DNA of 64,000 bases from a virus, in the IMG/VR virus record IMGVR_UViG_3300027908_000006, positions 1 to 64,000 of that record; one strand, written 5' to 3'. Of this stretch, positions 61,585 to 64,000 are shown piece by piece. The translations under genes were made by a program, and so were the position numbers. The notes under the pieces were generated by a model. It was not told the origin of the DNA, made no database searches, and worked only from the letters and a program-made list of their open reading frames with translations. The first letter of the stretch is position 1, and each line of letters opens with the position of its first letter.

Positions 61585-62184
61585 ATGACAGCAGCAACGC
61601 AGACCACTCGCCGACGTAACTCCAATATCAACGCCACGGTCTATACCGACGACCAACGCGCTAACGCTCTCGCCGCGCTCGCCGCCAACGGAGGCAAGGA
61701 AACACCTGGAGCCATCTCCCTCACGGCACGGCAATTAGGTATGCCAGACCGCACCTTGCGCCAATGGGCAAACGCTGAAAGGCGTCCCCAAGCCCTTGCC
61801 TTGAGCGAGCAAAGGAAGGGTGATCTTGCTTCCGCTTTCGAGGTAATCGCTTGGCAGATACTCGACAGCATTTGCCCGGAAGACTTCAAGAAGGAACCAC
61901 TCTCGCGGCGCATGGTCGCGGCCGCCATCGCCGTTGACAAGATGCGTCTCCTGAGAGAGCAAGCGACGCACCTTTCCGGCCAGACGATGGACCCTGAAGC
62001 GAGAGACAAGCGGTTGCTCGAACTACTCCGTGCAGCAGCGGAACGAGCCGAGGCCAAGAAGAAGGCGACTGTCCAGCAGATTGAGCAGACTCCCACCACT
62101 GTACCCCCCCCCGGTACAGTGGAGCAACCCACACCAGCACCTCCGACCGATCCCGCACCACCGCCAGGCGAACCCACGTCCTGA
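61585..62184 (+). CDS. HTH DNA-binding protein; small-terminase candidate
   Basis: ISLTARQLGMPDRTLRQWANAE HTH, helical middle, Pro-rich tail. The terS idea rests on architecture only. Confidence 0.3.
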   Translation: MTAATQTTRRRNSNINATVYTDDQRANALAALAANGGKETPGAISLTARQLGMPDRTLRQWANAERRPQALALSEQRKGDLASAFEVIAWQILDSICPEDFKKEPLSRRMVAAAIAVDKMRLLREQATHLSGQTMDPEARDKRLLELLRAAAERAEAKKKATVQQIEQTPTTVPPPGTVEQPTPAPPTDPAPPPGEPTS

Positions 62185-62278
62185 CAGTCTGCGCGTACAG
62201 ACGCCGATTCCCTGTACGCGCACAGACCGGTTGCGCGTACAATAGCGGCGTGTTCTGTACGCGCAATGGAGGTGAACC

Positions 62279-62560
62279 GTGGAAAGGCTACACATCCGCA
62301 TCTCAGCGGAAGAGAAGACGTACTGGCAAGCCGAGGCATCCAAGGCCGGTCTATCCCTAACTGACTGGATACGCCAGCGTTGCAAGACCCAGGACGCCGA
62401 ACAGGTAGCCCCGCCTATCATCCCGGCACGGCCCGCGCCAGTCACCGCCCCCACAACGCCTGTCGCAAAGCCTAGCCGCTACACCTTCCGCTGTCAGCGC
62501 TGCGAACGGCTCGGACAACCGTCGTGTACCGACTGTCGCACCGCCAACGGGAGGTACTGA
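62279..62560 (+). CDS. Ribbon-helix-helix (CopG/MobC-like) protein
   Basis: RLHIRISAEEKTYWQAEASKAGLSLTDWIRQRC is an RHH pattern. C-terminal CxxC...CxxC. Confidence 0.5.
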   Translation: MERLHIRISAEEKTYWQAEASKAGLSLTDWIRQRCKTQDAEQVAPPIIPARPAPVTAPTTPVAKPSRYTFRCQRCERLGQPSCTDCRTANGRY

Positions 62561-62638
62561 CCCCAGGGGGGAGGTATGGAGGGACGGGATGAGGGACAGG
62601 TCAGCGTGCAATTTTTTTTGGGGATGGTTTACGGAGTA

Positions 62639-63353
62639 TCACACAGGGACGGTGACGGAGCGAGGGTGAGTTTCTTCGGCGGGGGGAAGTGGTATCAATC
62701 GTAACGAGTTTTCTTGAGGCAAGGTCGGCAATAGGGGAAGCCTTTTTTCGCCCGTTGGCCACAGGTGACACAGTTGGTCGAGGTATTTTTGGGCTGCAAC
62801 TACCGTGTGCGGTGCTGGGGATAAAAGGCGTACACCGTTGGCGAGCAGTCGCATATCGAGCAATGCACCGTTGAGCGTGTTTTGCAGGTACTCTTTTTGC
62901 TGGCTATCTCGGAGTAGGATTGCGTCGAGGCGTTCGACGTTCGGCCCTTGTTTTTTCTAGGCGGCGTATTGCCTTCTTTGTCTGGCCTCATGGCTGTTAC
63001 GTTACTGGTTTTGCGCTTGGCTTTGGGCGGTTGCGGGGCTATAGGGGAGGGGGCTTCTTTTTTCAGACGTTTAATGATCTCGGAAGAGAAATGGACGCCC
63101 TTTCCTTCCTTCTTGAGTAGTTCGTGTACAGTCTCGTGGTGTTGTTGACAGAGGGGAATAACGTCGGTGAGTCTCTCGTTGCCGAGGCGTTTGTACTCGT
63201 GATGATGCAGTTGAACCTCGCGGTTGTCGCAGACTGCGCAGCGTTGTGGCTGGATTGTCGATAGCGACTTTTGAAATTGGTCCAGTGTGGGCCTTGAAGG
63301 TAGGCGACGTAGCTATCGAATCCGAGCGTTGCCAGTTTATTCAAGAAGTGCAT
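62639..63353 (-). pseudogene. HNH-type endonuclease gene disrupted by frameshifts
   Basis: The N-terminus (MHFLNKLATLGFDSYVAYLQGPHWTNFKSRY) is in one frame. The HNH core (RCAVCDNREVQLHHHEYKRLGNERLTDVIPLCQQHHETVH) continues in the -1 frame from ~63260. A further helical segment (ERLDAILLRDSQQKEYLQNTL...) lies in the third frame. Confidence 0.55.
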
Positions 63354-63515
63354 GATCCAGCACCTTGCGGGTACGAATCGGTAGCCGTTTTCCGTTGTGG
63401 TGGATTGTTTTTCGGCGGAAGTGGTTTAGAATTCACTTTGCCGGGTACGATCCGGTCACATTCTCGGTGGTGGCAATCCACGCGAGAACAATGAGAGCGG
63501 CAAAGTCCGCTCAGT

Positions 63516-63545
63516 GCCGGTGGGAGCGATTCCACCGGCCTTTTT
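63516..63545 (+). terminator. Intrinsic-terminator-like hairpin (plus-strand polarity)
   Basis: GCCGGTGG (63516-63523), 8-nt loop, CCACCGGC (63532-63539), then CTTTTT. It lies between two minus-strand genes, so its role is unclear. Confidence 0.4.
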
Positions 63546-63582
63546 CATTTCTACACCGCAGCAAGCGGGTCGTCAACCAAAA

Positions 63583-64000
63583 TCACTTCTTTCCGAGGAT
63601 GAGGTCGAGAACCCAGCAGCCGCGTGCGTGGGTGGCGCGGTAGTCGCCGCTATTGTTACATTTGGCGCAGCGGTCGTTGTGTTGGTGGGGTTGTTCACCG
63701 GCCAGTAGTTCGTAGTACGGGTGGCATCGGCAGCAGCAGTAGCGTTCGTAGCGGCAGTGGCGGAGAATGGCCGGGTGGGTGCAACCGGCTTCTTCGAGGG
63801 CATCGGCCAGGATGGGGAGACTATAGAAGTCGCGCTGCTGGTAGATGTGGTCGGCGAGGTTACGGACAGTTCTATTGTTAGAGAAGCGGATGCTATCGCA
63901 TTGGGGGCAGCGGCGTCTACGGTCGCGGTGCTTGGTGTTGCAGAGGGTGTGTCCGGCGAAGGGGCGTGCATCGGGCCGGGCACCGTAGCCGCCGCAGGCT
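63583..64000 (-). CDS. Partial CDS (N-terminus beyond window) of a planctomycete-type paralogous family
   Basis: Not in the ORF track because no start lies in the window. Minus-strand frame from 63999 reads ...DFYSLPILADALEEAGCTHPAILRHCRY...HARGCWVLDLILGKK, with the stop at 63583-63585. Confidence 0.55.
   Translation of the reverse strand, partial: ACGGYGARPDARPFAGHTLCNTKHRDRRRRCPQCDSIRFSNNRTVRNLADHIYQQRDFYSLPILADALEEAGCTHPAILRHCRYERYCCCRCHPYYELLAGEQPHQHNDRCAKCNNSGDYRATHARGCWVLDLILGKK

Noticed and set aside
63573-63983. 136-aa minus-strand ORF rich in Ala/Thr/Ser/Pro
   Set aside because: It is low-complexity with no domain-like features. A different minus-strand frame over the same DNA gives a clearly protein-like sequence (LPILADALEEAGC...HARGCWVLDLILGKK) that lacks an in-window start only because the gene continues past 64000.

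Overview
Nearly the whole window (1 to about 62.5 kb) is one GC-rich, plus-strand gene array of a tailed dsDNA phage or prophage. Genes are tightly coupled, with many ATGA/GTGA stop-start overlaps. The head module is Mu-like and the tail looks siphovirus-type (no sheath gene seen). Gene order: terL (5' end cut by the window), small ORFs, a portal fused to a C-terminal HExxH metalloprotease, protease/scaffold, a decoration-like gene, an antisense HNH, the major capsid gene, head-tail genes, tail tube and chaperone-position genes, tape measure, distal tail/hub, an antisense orphan hicB, and LamG-type fibres. Next comes a block of small membrane proteins plus a secreted papain-like protease, probably a lysis or envelope module; I recognised no classical muramidase. 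Then follow a tnpB-only IS200/IS605-type element, an XRE regulator, many small early ORFs, an ERF/YqaJ recombination pair, a Spo11/TopoVI-A-like Toprim protein, a ParB-like protein, endonuclease VII and an SF2 helicase. The last part of the array holds more small ORFs with RusA, ASCH and further HNH genes, a second XRE regulator, an HTH protein and an RHH protein. After about 62.6 kb the coding strand flips: there is a decayed HNH pseudogene and a partial gene running off the window. Several proteins carry a Gemmata/Planctomycetes-type TIGR02996-like motif, which suggests a planctomycete-like host. I found no integrase, tRNA, rRNA or CRISPR array. The items most worth follow-up are the phage-borne catalytically intact TnpB, the portal-metalloprotease fusion, a 22-bp perfect palindrome present in-frame in two unrelated genes (one of them the ParB-like gene), and arrays of conserved stop-RBS-start junction repeats that delimit small gene cassettes. 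Also of interest are the secreted papain-like protease, the orphan HicB and a hexanucleotide-microsatellite-encoded Gly-Ser/Tyr/Asp tail. All family assignments rest on motif recognition by eye and recollection; no searches were run.
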